Below are positions 33,684-45,315 of a DNA stretch of 64,000 bases, piece by piece. Source of the stretch: Oikopleura dioica (taxonomy: Eukaryota > Animalia > Chordata); contig OU015568.1 of NCBI GenBank assembly GCA_907165135.1, positions 16,379,208 through 16,443,207 on the forward strand, in the 5' to 3' direction. How positions within the stretch are numbered: position 1 is the first letter of the stretch; each line of letters begins with the position of its first letter. The notes below the pieces were generated by a model. That model did no database searches, had not been told where the DNA came from, and saw only the letters and a program-made list of their open reading frames with translations. The translations under genes and the position numbers were made by a program.

Positions 33684-36600
33684 AAGATGGACAGTTCGCG
33701 AACATCGATGTTAGTCAGTTTGAAACCAATCAAGGCGTGACTACGGCTTTGAACACTGCTACTGGGGAGACTGTCATCGTCAAGGCGATTTTGCTCCAAA
33801 ACGCCAATCACTGGAAAAGTACGAAACAAGAAGCAGCGACTCTTCGAGAGCTCGGTAATTTAATTATTAACCCTTGCAGTTAAATCGACCAAGGCATTGG
33901 TAAAAATGATTTTGTGAACGAATTTCTCGTTTTTCAATATGAAAATTTTAAGCTCCTTGTGCCGGGAATAACCCTAAAATCCCGGCACATGGAGGGTCAA
34001 ATCCGAAACGTTCTAGAAATCTCCTGTTTCGGGGATTCTAAAGGTTTTGTAAAGAGTTTTTCTATAATATTTGGTGATATATATTTCAACATGAAAATTT
34101 CGACAATTGTAAGATTATCTAAAATTAAATAACGTTACTAAACTTTTTCGATACATAAATCTGATCTGTCTTCTGTGAGCTCAAAAGATCTTGCTTTAAT
34201 CGAGGAAAACCACTCTCTTTATTATAATATTAATTGTAGTCTGAATTTATTGTTTAAGTTAATTAGACTTGATTTATTTTTATGAAAAAATAGAACATAA
34301 AAATTCAATTTTAATTATTTGGCTCAAAAGATACTTTCATCCAGTTCATCAAATTGGCACACCCCACAGAATCGTCATTCTACTGAAAACGATATTTGAA
34401 TCTTATCACAATTCTCTGACTAAATTTGGGAGCCACAATTCACGCACAGCCACAATTCATGCAGAGCCACAATTCACGCATTTTGCGAAACAGCCACAAT
34501 TCATGTGTCCCCGTATTTGACTCTTATGACGATCAAGCAGATAATCAATCTTTTACGACTGTATTCTTCTTTTATTTGGGTTAGGGTTAGGTATAAAAAA
34601 TGACTAAAACTGTCTTGAATTTTATATAACAATTAGTTTTTCTTCAAAAACACTCGATATGAAGAGTTTTTGGTCAAAATCAACTGCTTTTTGGGATTTC
34701 TAGAACGCCATCCTCCATGTATCGGGATTTTGGCCGAGAATCCCGGCACACGGGGTTTTCCCGGCACAAGGAGGGTATCCCATTTGGGTGCCCGTCATTA
34801 GCTACGGTTTGGGGGGTTTGCGTCAGTAGCTACGGTTGACAGACAGTTTAGGGTGGGCATCAACCTAGGTTGGGTTTGCCGGTTATTTCGAAAATTACGA
34901 GAATCTGAAGCTATCTAGGTCGGTCGGAAAGTGAATGTGGTCGCTTTTCGCTTGCAAAAATTTGAATAAGCATCAAAATCGGACAATTTTTATTGAATCA
35001 AGGCTAAATAAGTTATTTTTTCATATTGGTATCATTTTTGTAAGCGAAAAACGACAACATTCTCTTTCCGACCGACCTAGATAGCATCAGATTCTTGTAA
35101 TTTTCGAAATAACCGGCAAACACGACCTAGTTTGATGCTCACCCTAAACTGTGTGTTAATTTCTATGCTCCTTATGACTCATTTTTAACCGTAGCTATTG
35201 ACGCACCGTAGCTATTGACGCAAACCCCCCAAACCGTAGCTATTGACGCGCACCCATCCCATTTTAAGATCACGCTAACGTGGTGAAATTCGTCGATTTC
35301 CTCGATCGCCAGATGCCAGAATGGGCATTCGGTTCCATGTGCTTCATCGTCATGGAATTCTGCGCCGGTGGCAGCCTCGCCAACTGGATTGAAAAGATGA
35401 AGGACGCCCAGCGACGAACAACGCTCGACGAAGCAAGAGTCATCGCGGCGCAGCTTATTTCCGCGCTGAGCTACTGCCACGAGAAGAACAAGGTCCATCT
35501 CGACCTCAAACCTGCAAATATATTTGTCCTTGGCGACTTCATTACGGTAAGTCAACATTTCTCAAGCAACAAATTAACATCTTCTTTAGGTGAAGATCGG
35601 GGACTTCGGAAGCGCCCAGTCTGTTCGATCGATTCAGCAGACAATGACGACTTCGACTGGAGAAGGAATCAAGTCCACACCTATATACGCTGCTCCAGGT
35701 GAGAAAGAAGTGCTTCCAAAAACCAAACTTTTCTTAGAAATCAATAGCCCAGACGAAAATGCGAAGAAACACCCAAGACTGGATGTTTGGGGATTCGCAC
35801 TGATCTTGCAGGTATTCATTTTCGATAGTTTTAAGAATTCTCAACGCATTTTTGAAGGAACTATTGACTCTTGAACATCCATTTGCTCAATATGAAGGCC
35901 GACCTGCTCTCTTTCTTGAGATTTGTAAGTTTCAAAATGAAGACTTCGAATGAAAAACTGTTCAGTGAATAATATTCAAAGTGGCAAGCGAACATCTCTC
36001 TTTGAAATTCTCGGCGAAACGGACGAAATTGAAGAGTTTGAAACTCTCATCGAAAAATGCACAAAGGTCGATAGCACCCAGCGGCCGAGAAACGCGATCG
36101 AGCTGCGAAATGAAGCTGTCTTCGTTGATTTCCTGCAGCGGATCGAAAATGGCGAGCGACCGAGCAGCATCGTTCCTCCTCCTTTTCCAAACGAAATCGA
36201 CGAAGTTAAGCGACTCAAGGAAGAGATTCAGCAAAAAGACAGGACTATTCAAGAATTGCAAAGCCGACTCGACACTTTCAACGACATCATGGAATACCGA
36301 CTTCGAGAAGAATCAAAGCAAAAGGATGAGAAAATCGCAGAGCAAACTCGGGTAAATGTCTCTTTCATAAAAATTTCGTAAATCTTGTTTAGGAAAATGA
36401 AGAATTGAAACAAGAAAACGGATATTTGAAGGAGGAACTGGCCAAAATGAAGAAAATGAAATCAAAATATGAGAAGAATTTCGAATACTCGAGGAAAATT
36501 ATCGATGAATTGAAAAAAGTAAGAAAATGGGTTGATTTAAATTTTTGACAAGAAAATTCTAGCAAAACGAGTCTGAGAAAAAGGAGCGAGAAAATGAGGT

Positions 36601-38040
36601 GCAAAAAGCGAAACGGGAAATTGAACAGCTCGAGTCAATTTTGAAAGAAGAAAAAGAACGAAATCGGCGAGAAAATGAAAATCAGAAGAAGGAAATTGAA
36701 AAGCTGGAGCTTAAATTGGGAGAAGAGCGAAGAAAGAATGAGGCGAACGCGGAAAAGGAGGAAAAAAGGAATGAAGCGGGAAATGAAGAATTGGAGAAGC
36801 TGAGGGAGGAATTGGGCGCGATCGGTGGAGCTGGCGAATTCTTTGGAAATGATAAAATGATTAATAAAGGTGGAGTAAGAGATTGGATGCAAGAAGAAGA
36901 ATTGCGAAAGGTGCTGAAGCTGCTGTCGCTTGGAGAAAAACAATAAATCTGAAGGAAAGAGAGTTTTTAATTTTTAAGGATATAGCCGTTCTCAAGGCAC
37001 TTTCGTAGCGCCAAAAGGGGACGATAAATTTTTTCATTTCAAAAGGAACCCTACCTAAAATTGCCTAAGAAACCCGATTCTAGTGGTCTTTTTTATTTTT
37101 TAATGGAAAAATTTCTCTCTAGAGCAATTTTAAATCTTACGATCATTTTTTCTCAAGAATTTTCAATTAAATCGGTCGAGTTCTTTTGATAAATTAAAAA
37201 TTTGGACCTTTATCTACATTCCTAGGGTCTCAAGTTTGATAGATTCCAATTATTTATGATTCTAGAGCCATTTTTATGAGGCTTACTTGAGTAAGCCGAA
37301 GCGTCAGACAGCGCTCTGGTTTGCTGAGCTGGGCGCCCTCCTCCATCGCGCGGTGAGGCGGGCATGTGAAAGAGCGCGCTGATTGGCCGAGCGCCCTGAA
37401 CGCAGCATTTATGAAAAAGAAAAGCCAAAAAGAAGAAGACGCTAGAATGAAAATTTGCTCGGGTTTTAAAATTTTGAGGCCTTAGGAAGATAGATAAGCA
37501 GTTATATATAATAATACACGGTTTAGTTTTAGCGATTTAATTGAAAAATTTCGAGAAAAAGTGATCGTAAGATTTCAAATCGCCCCAGAGAGAAATTTTC
37601 TTTGAAAAAATTCTAAAAACATCAGAATCGAATTTAACACATAATTTTAGGTAGGAGCTGTCTTGAAATGAAAAAATTTTATCGCCCCATTTCGGCGATA
37701 CGAAAGTGGCTTGAGAACGGCTATATCCTTAAGCGAAAAGAATTTCGAAAAACTCTCCGACAAGTTTCGGTTTTCTGAGAATTGGGAGGTTGCCGAAGCG
37801 GGATGGCACTTGCAATTCAAAGGTGCTTATGGATATAAAGGAGGAGATGGTTGGTACTACTTATCAATCTGGAAAAAGGTAAAAATTAAAATTTCAATTT
37901 TTTAATTTTATTTCAGAAGGCGGCGTAAGATTCAAAGCTGTCGCGCAAGAAATTGGTGATTGGACTGGAAAAGAGAGGAATCGACAAGAAATCGAAAGCG
38001 AGGCGGATGGACAGCGGCAAAAGATCAAATACAAAATGGA
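33684..38040 (+). CDS. Inverted paralog of the kinase, copy 2, with introns enlarged by MITEs
   Basis: HLDLKPAN at ~35495, IGDFGSAQS, coiled coil 36200-36900 and GEFFGNDK...KLLSLGEK, all as in copy 1. Confidence 0.75.
33953..34775. mobile_element. Degenerate inverted-repeat element in kinase intron 1
   Basis: ctccttgtgccgggaa...ttctagaaatc versus gatttctagaa...ttcccggcacaaggag. Confidence 0.55.
34786..35255. mobile_element. Mutator-like MITE, 470 bp
   Basis: TIR GGGTGC...TAGCTACGGTTTGGGGGGTTTGCGTC; 9-bp TSD ATCCCATTT on both sides; sits just before the splice acceptor. Confidence 0.85.
36978..37728. mobile_element. Kolobok-like family K1 copy B, 751 bp
   Basis: TTAA on both sides; the paralogous kinase intron (~31600) has an empty site with a single TTAA. 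Confidence 0.88.
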
Positions 38041-38235
38041 AACTTCTGATTGTGGTTTTGTAAGATTTAATGTTTATTTTCTGTAAATATAAATCACTTA
38101 TTCAAACCAGGAACTCAGACTGTTTGATTAGCCAATTGCAAGTGCAAGCAAAAAGCATCAAAGAAATTCGGCCATTTTTCTTCAAATTAATTCCGCCGTT
38201 CAAAAAAATAGAATTCTCCTCCATGATTTCATTAA

Positions 38236-38988
38236 GGATATAAGCTATGAATTTGAACTTTCGTAGCGCCTAAATGCGACGTAGGATCATTTTCATTTCA
38301 AAAGCAGTCCTACCTAAAATTGCACGTAGACCTCAAATCTGGAACTTTTGAAAAAAAATTTATGGAAATTTTTTTCTCTAGAGCGATTTCAAATCTTACG
38401 CTCTCGATTGCTCGAATTTTTTCCACTGAATCGCTAAAACTAAACCGTGTCTTTTATTTTGATAATGTTAAGCTAGAAAATTGACGGGCTATTATTTCAA
38501 AACTCCCTCAAATTTTCATTCTAGCGTTTTCCTCTTTCTTGCTCGAGTTTTTCTTCTTTTTGTGCTTTTTCGCGTGCAACCAATCAAAGCGCTCCGCTCA
38601 ACCGCGCCACTCTCACGGAAAAAAGGAGTTGAGAGAGCGAGAGCCCAGCGCGCCGCTTTTTACACTATTCACGCGCTGGGTAAGTCTCATGGAAATGGCT
38701 CTAAAATCGGTTTCGGTCGGAATTAGGGAAAACTGATCCGTCAATTTTGTAGATAAGGGTTAAGAGAAGTTATTTGTCGAAAAAACTCGACCGATTTAGT
38801 GGAAAAATTTCGAGAAATCGAGAGCGTAAGATTTCAAAACGCTCTAAAAGGAAAATTTTCAATAAAATTTTTTTAAAAGTACCAGATTTGAGTTTTACGT
38901 GCATTTTTAGGTAGGATAACTTTTGAAGTGAAAATGATCCTACTTCGCATTTAGGCGCTACGAAAGTTCAAATTCATAGCTTATATCC
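38236..38988. mobile_element. Kolobok-like family K2, 753 bp
   Basis: TTAA|GGATATAAGCTATGAATTTGAACTTTCGTAGCGCCTAAATGCGA and its reverse complement|TTAA. Confidence 0.88.
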
Positions 38989-40457
38989 TTAAAACTTTCA
39001 AAAAATATCTTGATCTCGACGCATCTGCCGCCAACGCATAAAACCAGCGCCTCAAAATCTTCAACTTTCCTCAAAAAATGGACAAACACGAATTGAATTC
39101 GTGACGAATTCATCGACTTTTTCTACAATTTAGTTTTGAAGAGAAAAATGGTCGCCATTCCGACCGCCATTTTCATCGGCATTTTTATTTTAGCGCTCAT
39201 CGTTTTTGGCGTCCATTTGAAAAGTTAATATTCTTTCTTATTAATTTTATTCATTTTTACAGTTTTATCGTAGAAGAAAACAACAGCGAAGAGACGAGTG
39301 ATTCCATTTATGCAAAAAGCGAAAAGTCCGGTTTTGGCGAAATGAAGATTTTTTTATTTCCAAAAGAGCTTTGAAAAAGAGCCTCTTTTCTTTTTTGCGC
39401 CTGAATATATTTTTAAGAATTAGTCATATTCTTGGTCACCTTTTAACGCCGGAAACTGCCTCTCAATGGTGTGCAAAGCGTCAAAACTTTTGGATCTTCG
39501 TGGCATCGGCACCGGCGAGTTCAGATTTGTGTTTGAAGATTTGTACTGGCACTGAATTTTGCGCTTGATTGTGATAGAAACGATGTCGTCGATCATTTTC
39601 AGGATTTCAGTCGGCGCGTCTTCTTTGACACTTATGTCGCTGAAACCGTCGCATTCGTGCTGAAGACTGTGGCGATCGATGTGATTTGAGAGATTTCCGC
39701 GGTCTGATTTGTTTCTTTTTTTTTGGATAAAGAGAGAGGAGGAAATATAATCTGCTTTGAAGGACGGAGCTTTGACTTGAAAAAAGGCGACAACAACTTC
39801 TTCAAAGCCGTAGTTGAACTGGCAGATTACGCTGCTGCAAATATAAGAGGCTAATAGAAACTAATCCCCAGTACTTGGCGGCTTCTTACCTTGAGCCGGA
39901 CCGCGTGAAATAGCCGGCTTCAAAGAATCGGTTACTTTTTCGCCGAAGAGATTTTCGTTTTTTTCGGAAAAGGAAGGTTTACCAAATGTTTATCGAAAAA
40001 GAACCGGCAGCAAATACTGTCACGTGACAAGCGACAATTTTCAACAAGAGAAATTTATGGTCCTTCACCGACTGCTTCCGTTCCGATCGACCTATTCCTG
40101 TCCGAGTAAATCTGCCTTGAGCTTGTAAAGTTTGTAAACAGCAGCGCGTAATTCTACCTCGACGAGCTTGAATTTAGGGATTAGTCTACTAATAACAAGG
40201 TCCAAAAAAGCATTCCCAAAGCGGGATTTGGGAGATGGAAGCATGTGGTGAAAATTATTAATTTTAAGGTGAGCGCATTTCATGGGGATTTCGGGGATAA
40301 GGGGGAAATAGAAATGCTGCAGGAAGTTTTAATTTGCAGCTACAGCTGATTCAATCATTATCCTATTTCATGCATTCCCAAAAGTTGGATTTGTCAATGA
40401 TTTCGGGGTAAAAACTAATGAAAAGATTTCAGACCGTTCTACCCAAAATCCTTAAAG

Positions 40458-40678
40458 CTGAGCCTAGCAACCTGAGTAGAAAACCTGAGTCAGGGTCAGA
40501 AAGAGTAAAATGAAAAGCCGCGTAGCGCCTTTTTCTAAAAACGAAGCCGCAAAGCGGCTTCGCCAAAGCTACCAACTCAATGAATTATAAAGCGTTATAA
40601 AAAAAGCCGCTTCGCGGCTCTTCAGTTTACCCATTTAGAACCCTCACTCAGGTTTTCTACTCAGTACGCCGAGCCCAG
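40458..40678. mobile_element. CTGGGCTC-family MITE
   Basis: Inner TIR GAGTAGAAAACCTGAGT/ACTCAGGTTTTCTACTC; flanks CCTTAAAG/TCTTAAAG (7 of 8 TSD). Confidence 0.8.
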
Positions 40679-41888
40679 TCTTAAAGGTTCCTAAACAAAA
40701 CGAGCCCTAGAAATTTTCTTGGTATTTCAGCAGTTGAATTCAAAAAGGCTTGAAATCTTGATTTGAGCCGACCGGAAGCAATTTCAATGGGTCTTTTGTT
40801 TTAGAAGGGTTTGCCTTTTCGCCAGGTCCGATAAGACTCGCCAGTCTTCTGAAAAACATCCGAATACACACTTGAACCAGTCGCGAGCAACCGACTTCGG
40901 CAAACCCTTCAATTTTCCGCCTAGCGACTTCAAAATTAATGCTAAAAGGAAGATCTAAGGAGCCTGGCCTGGATTGATAAATATTTGCGCCTTCGCGGAT
41001 CAGGCCGATATAGATGTGATGCAGGGAGGATAAGGGCAATAAAATTCGCGGCGAATTTCACGGAAGAGGATGATTTCCTGGGAAAGGTCGAGTCTTGAGC
41101 TTCTGAAGGACGATTTTATGGGGAGATTTGTTGACACTTCCTGTTGATTTATCGGACAAAAGACATTTTCAAAAAGCATCGATTTATCTACGAAGATTTG
41201 TCTCTTCAGATTTTTTACAAAAATGCCGCTAAAAATCCGACAAATCAAAGAATCGTGCCCCTAAAATGCCTTTTTCTCGAGAAAAAAAAAGACAAAATGG
41301 GAAATTCGAAAGAATATTTTACAAAGAAAATCATCAAGCTTTTCAATTTTCTTATATTTTTGGTAAAAATTTGAGTTCTTTCTCGAAATTCTCAAAAGAA
41401 AATCATAAAAAAATAATATTTTCTTCAAAATCTTCGACTGATGAATTTGGAAAGCTCCAACAATAAGTATTTTTACTAATAAAAACCTTTAAAAAAAGAT
41501 AAAATAAGAGTCTTCTATCTTCTACCATAAAAAATCAAATTGATCAATTTCCATTTAAATTCCCTTATCAATCACACAAGAAACCAATCTTTCTTCCCGC
41601 CGCCCTTTCCGATTGGCAACATCTTTATCCAATTTATTTTCATTATTGTTCAGCCTGCCAAACCGGATTAAGATGGACCAGCTGGTTTTTGCGCCTTTGA
41701 TCGGGCGGCCCGGCGATTTATTTTTCAAAAAAATTACAGCGTGCGCGCTCCAGCTGGATTCAAACTTTGCGCGCACGCCTGCTGCTCTTTGGCGCCACGC
41801 GCTGCGGATATAAAACAAGACGCCAGGGCGGAGGAGATCATCAAAACATTGAAACACCAACAAATCAAAAAAACCAAAACAACAAAAA

Positions 41889-42407
41889 ATGGAAGTTCTT
41901 TCTCCTCTCCGACCAGTTTTTCTGCCCACTGAAGCCAAAGTCGTCCGACTCAAGAGACTCTCAGAATCCATCAATCTTCCCTCGCCAAAGATCGCCCGCC
42001 AGCTCTCCTCTTCTTCCTCCCCAGCTCGAAAAACCGCCCGATTCTCTTCTCCAACCACTCCTCAGCCGCGAAAGAAACTGCTCGCCCGAAAAGACACGAT
42101 GCTCCCGTCCGAAATTCCAGAAGAAAAGATCTACTCCTGCGAAATCTGCCCGAAGACTTTCTTCCACCGGACCGCCCTCGACATCCATCTCGAATCACAC
42201 GATACTCTTCCTCGCTCCAGACGATCTACGGGCTCTTCGATGACCTCCCTCAAAGTCAACTCGATCAACTTCCTCGGCGAAATTGAAAAGGAGCTGAAAG
42301 ACGAGCTGGACAACGCGCATAAGAAGAAGTTCAAATGCATCAAGTGCGGAAAACGATTCAGATCCAAGGCCAAGATCGTCCTTCACTCGCTCATCAAGCA
42401 CTCCTAA
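41889..42407 (+). CDS. C2H2 zinc-finger protein (two fingers)
   Basis: YSCEICPKTFFHRTALDIHLESH and FKCIKCGKRFRSKAKIVLHSLIKH; TATA-like TATAAAA near 41810. Confidence 0.8.
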   Translation: MEVLSPLRPVFLPTEAKVVRLKRLSESINLPSPKIARQLSSSSSPARKTARFSSPTTPQPRKKLLARKDTMLPSEIPEEKIYSCEICPKTFFHRTALDIHLESHDTLPRSRRSTGSSMTSLKVNSINFLGEIEKELKDELDNAHKKKFKCIKCGKRFRSKAKIVLHSLIKHS

Positions 42408-42938
42408 AACTATTTCCCTGCTTTTTCCTCTGCTTGTATATTTTGTAAAGAATTTTTTGTATTTTATTCTCAAAAATAAAAATTCAAAAATCAATTTTTT
42501 TTTTGTTTGTTTTTTTTTTCAGAGCAAAGTAATTTATTTTAATAAATAATTATTAATAGTTTATAATAATAATTTCAAGTAAGAAAGTTTCAATTTCCCG
42601 ATTTTCAAGGATAATCAAAATTTCAAAATATTCTTTTATTCATTTTTATTGGCAGTTTTAACTTGCTTGTACGTTCAGAATTCGGGCGCAAAGAATCGAA
42701 AATGAAAAAGCTCGGAGCAAGACTTTTTATTAGACAATGAAAAATAAGTGGAGTAAGATGACTGGGAATTAGATACTGTATCGTATTGATATCATTTTAA
42801 TTGTTTAAAAAAGCGGTTAACTATTAATTATTAACTTCATATGCCAAAACGTCTATTGCTATTTTGCCTGTCATAATTTAAGTGTAGTTATCATTTTAAA
42901 AATAGAAAATAACAGAAAAAAATAGTGTCAGTTATTTT

Positions 42939-43416
42939 TCAACAGGTTTTTCCTCGATTACGCATTTCAATCTGCCACATTCGCTTGAGTGCCAAAATAT
43001 CGGCCATCGGGATTCTCTGGCTTCCGTCTTCGCGGCCATTCAACGGGCGGAAGTTCTTGAGCCATTTTGGAAAGGCATCGACCCACTCGTCTCTGACAGC
43101 TCGGCGGAGCTCTGGATCTTCAATTTTCTCCGGATCTTGGTTTAGCGGATCATCCAGCAAAAATCTGCGAAGAGCTGTTTTTCGGGATCGCTGCGAGTTT
43201 TCAGTTCAAATATTTAAATTTGAAGGCGTCTGTTTGAAAAAGAAGATCGACCCGTTCCTTTTCTTTTGCAAGATCTGACAGAATAGGGACCCAGCGTTGA
43301 TAGGCGGCGAATAAGTGAAGGGCTTCACCGGAAGAAGGTTCGGGGTATTTACTAATGTCGGGCATTCCAGAGGCGGATTTCAGAGGATCTCGAAGTCTGA
43401 ACTCTTTCAAAATCAA
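42939..43416 (-). CDS. Orphan coding exons
   Basis: ORFs 43201-43416 and 42939-43160 separated by a short intron-sized gap; no recognised domain. Confidence 0.3.
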
Positions 43417-45315
43417 GCAAGTTTCGTTTTTGTTCGAATTTCTAGCTCTGGAATTGAAAAATCAGAAAACAGACTGATTGCTTTGGGCTAGAATTTCTTC
43501 TTGCTTGAATGAACTTTGATTAAATTTTTGCCTCCTGCGTTTTTCGATAAAAATAGATAGAAATGTAAAATTATTCAACATTTATTGCAAATTCAGAAGC
43601 TTTTTCAAAGATTGCCGACTAGACATTGTCATTTTTGGTCAAAGATTGTTGACTTCATTCAAAGGATTTTCAGCTATCAGTATGGAAAACCTGAGACAGG
43701 GTCTGAAAAGAACCTCTGTGGCCCTGCCGAAGGAATTCTGACCCTGACTCAGGTTTCTACACAGGTTGACGAGCCTGGTTGGAAAATTTGACCAAAAATG
43801 GCGATCTCTAGTAGGCAATCTTGAGCAAATTTTTTGAAAAAATGACATGTAATGGAGTTAAATTTGGCTAAATTCTTACAGCAAGAATTTTCGTTTTGAA
43901 GACAGTTTGGTAAACATTGAAGAAAAAACACTTAAAATTTCAAATCCTATTGAAACAAAGTATTGCTTTGATAAGAGGAATTTTAAATGAGCTAGGAGAT
44001 GGAACGAGGATGTGAAAATTGGCAGCAGCGGATCGGATAAGATAAGGGATGAAAAACTAGATTTGTATTTTAGCGAGCTCGCATTTTCTTTCGTGTCTTC
44101 TTTGCTTTCACGACGGTTGAGGTACTTGAGACGCGGCTTTTTGCGGTGAGCATGTGGAACAAAACGATCTGAAAAGTGAAATCAAGGAAGAGTATGGGTT
44201 ACGACGGATCTTGGCTTGGAACTCTGTGCCGAAAACGTGAGTCATGGCATTCAGCTCATTCAGGCCCTGACTCAGGTTTTAGACGCAGGCTCAGGAGCAC
44301 AGTCGAAGATGACAATTTTGTGAAAGTCATTTACTTACGAGGATAAAAACAAGAAATCCACTCAAATTGCACAGCGCGATCAAATGCTGCTCGCTAATCA
44401 TTATTCTCTGTTTCGCTTTCGATTCCTTCTAAATTAATAAGAGCTGAAAAGCGAGCTTTACTCTTTGGAAGAACTAGGTAAAGTATCGATTGGGAAGTCA
44501 AGCGTAGCGGAACGGTAAAAGGAAGCTATAGATATAATTCCCATCGATCCTGCCAAACTTCTGTTGAGCCACGCTTTCGAGGAGAATTTTTTAAGAGCCA
44601 CTGGTGCTAAACAAGCTAAAAGAAAAGGATGAAAAGTTTTCATTGAAAACGCTTTTTTAGTACAGCTTTTAGGCTGGGCTTGGCGACTTGTGAAGAAACC
44701 TGAGTCAGGATATGGAATTTCAGGACTCATGGAAGAGCTCCAAAATGAAGCCGCATCGCGGCTTATTTAAAATATAGCCGATTAGCGGCTTCGTCAGAAC
44801 TTCAAGAACAGATTAGAAGACCCTTAGTCAGGTCGAGTCAGGTTTCTACACAGGCAGGTTTCTTGCAAGCAGTTAATGACTTCATTTTCGGAAAGAAGAT
44901 TTCTCTGAATTTTCATCTCTTTTTCCTAAAATAACTCCTCTCGAAATCTCGCAATTCCAACAAGGTTTCACCAATCTCTTCGTCGAATCAATCTGTTCCA
45001 CTTGAACGCTCGAACTGGCAAATTTATGAAAATCGGCAATTGTGCTCGAATCATTTGTCATGTAAAACCTTGCCATCTGGCGAACATTATCAAACAGCTC
45101 TACCAGCTTTCCCATTTGCAATTTGCGCCTTCTTCGATCGATACTCGAGCCGCTGAAAACAAAAGAAATCAAGGAAGAGTCTTCTTTTTTTGTCTTTTTT
45201 ATTTGTGATATTTACAGAAAAGAGTGTTTGTACAAATAAGTTAAATTGAAATAGTCTACATTTTTGGCAGGTGAAGTAAGATAGTAGTAAAGCGTTACAT
45301 GAAGAGTAAGTTAGT

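Noticed and set aside
44050-45200. Possible coding exons around MITE copies
   Set aside because: No consistent frame or motif could be found by hand.
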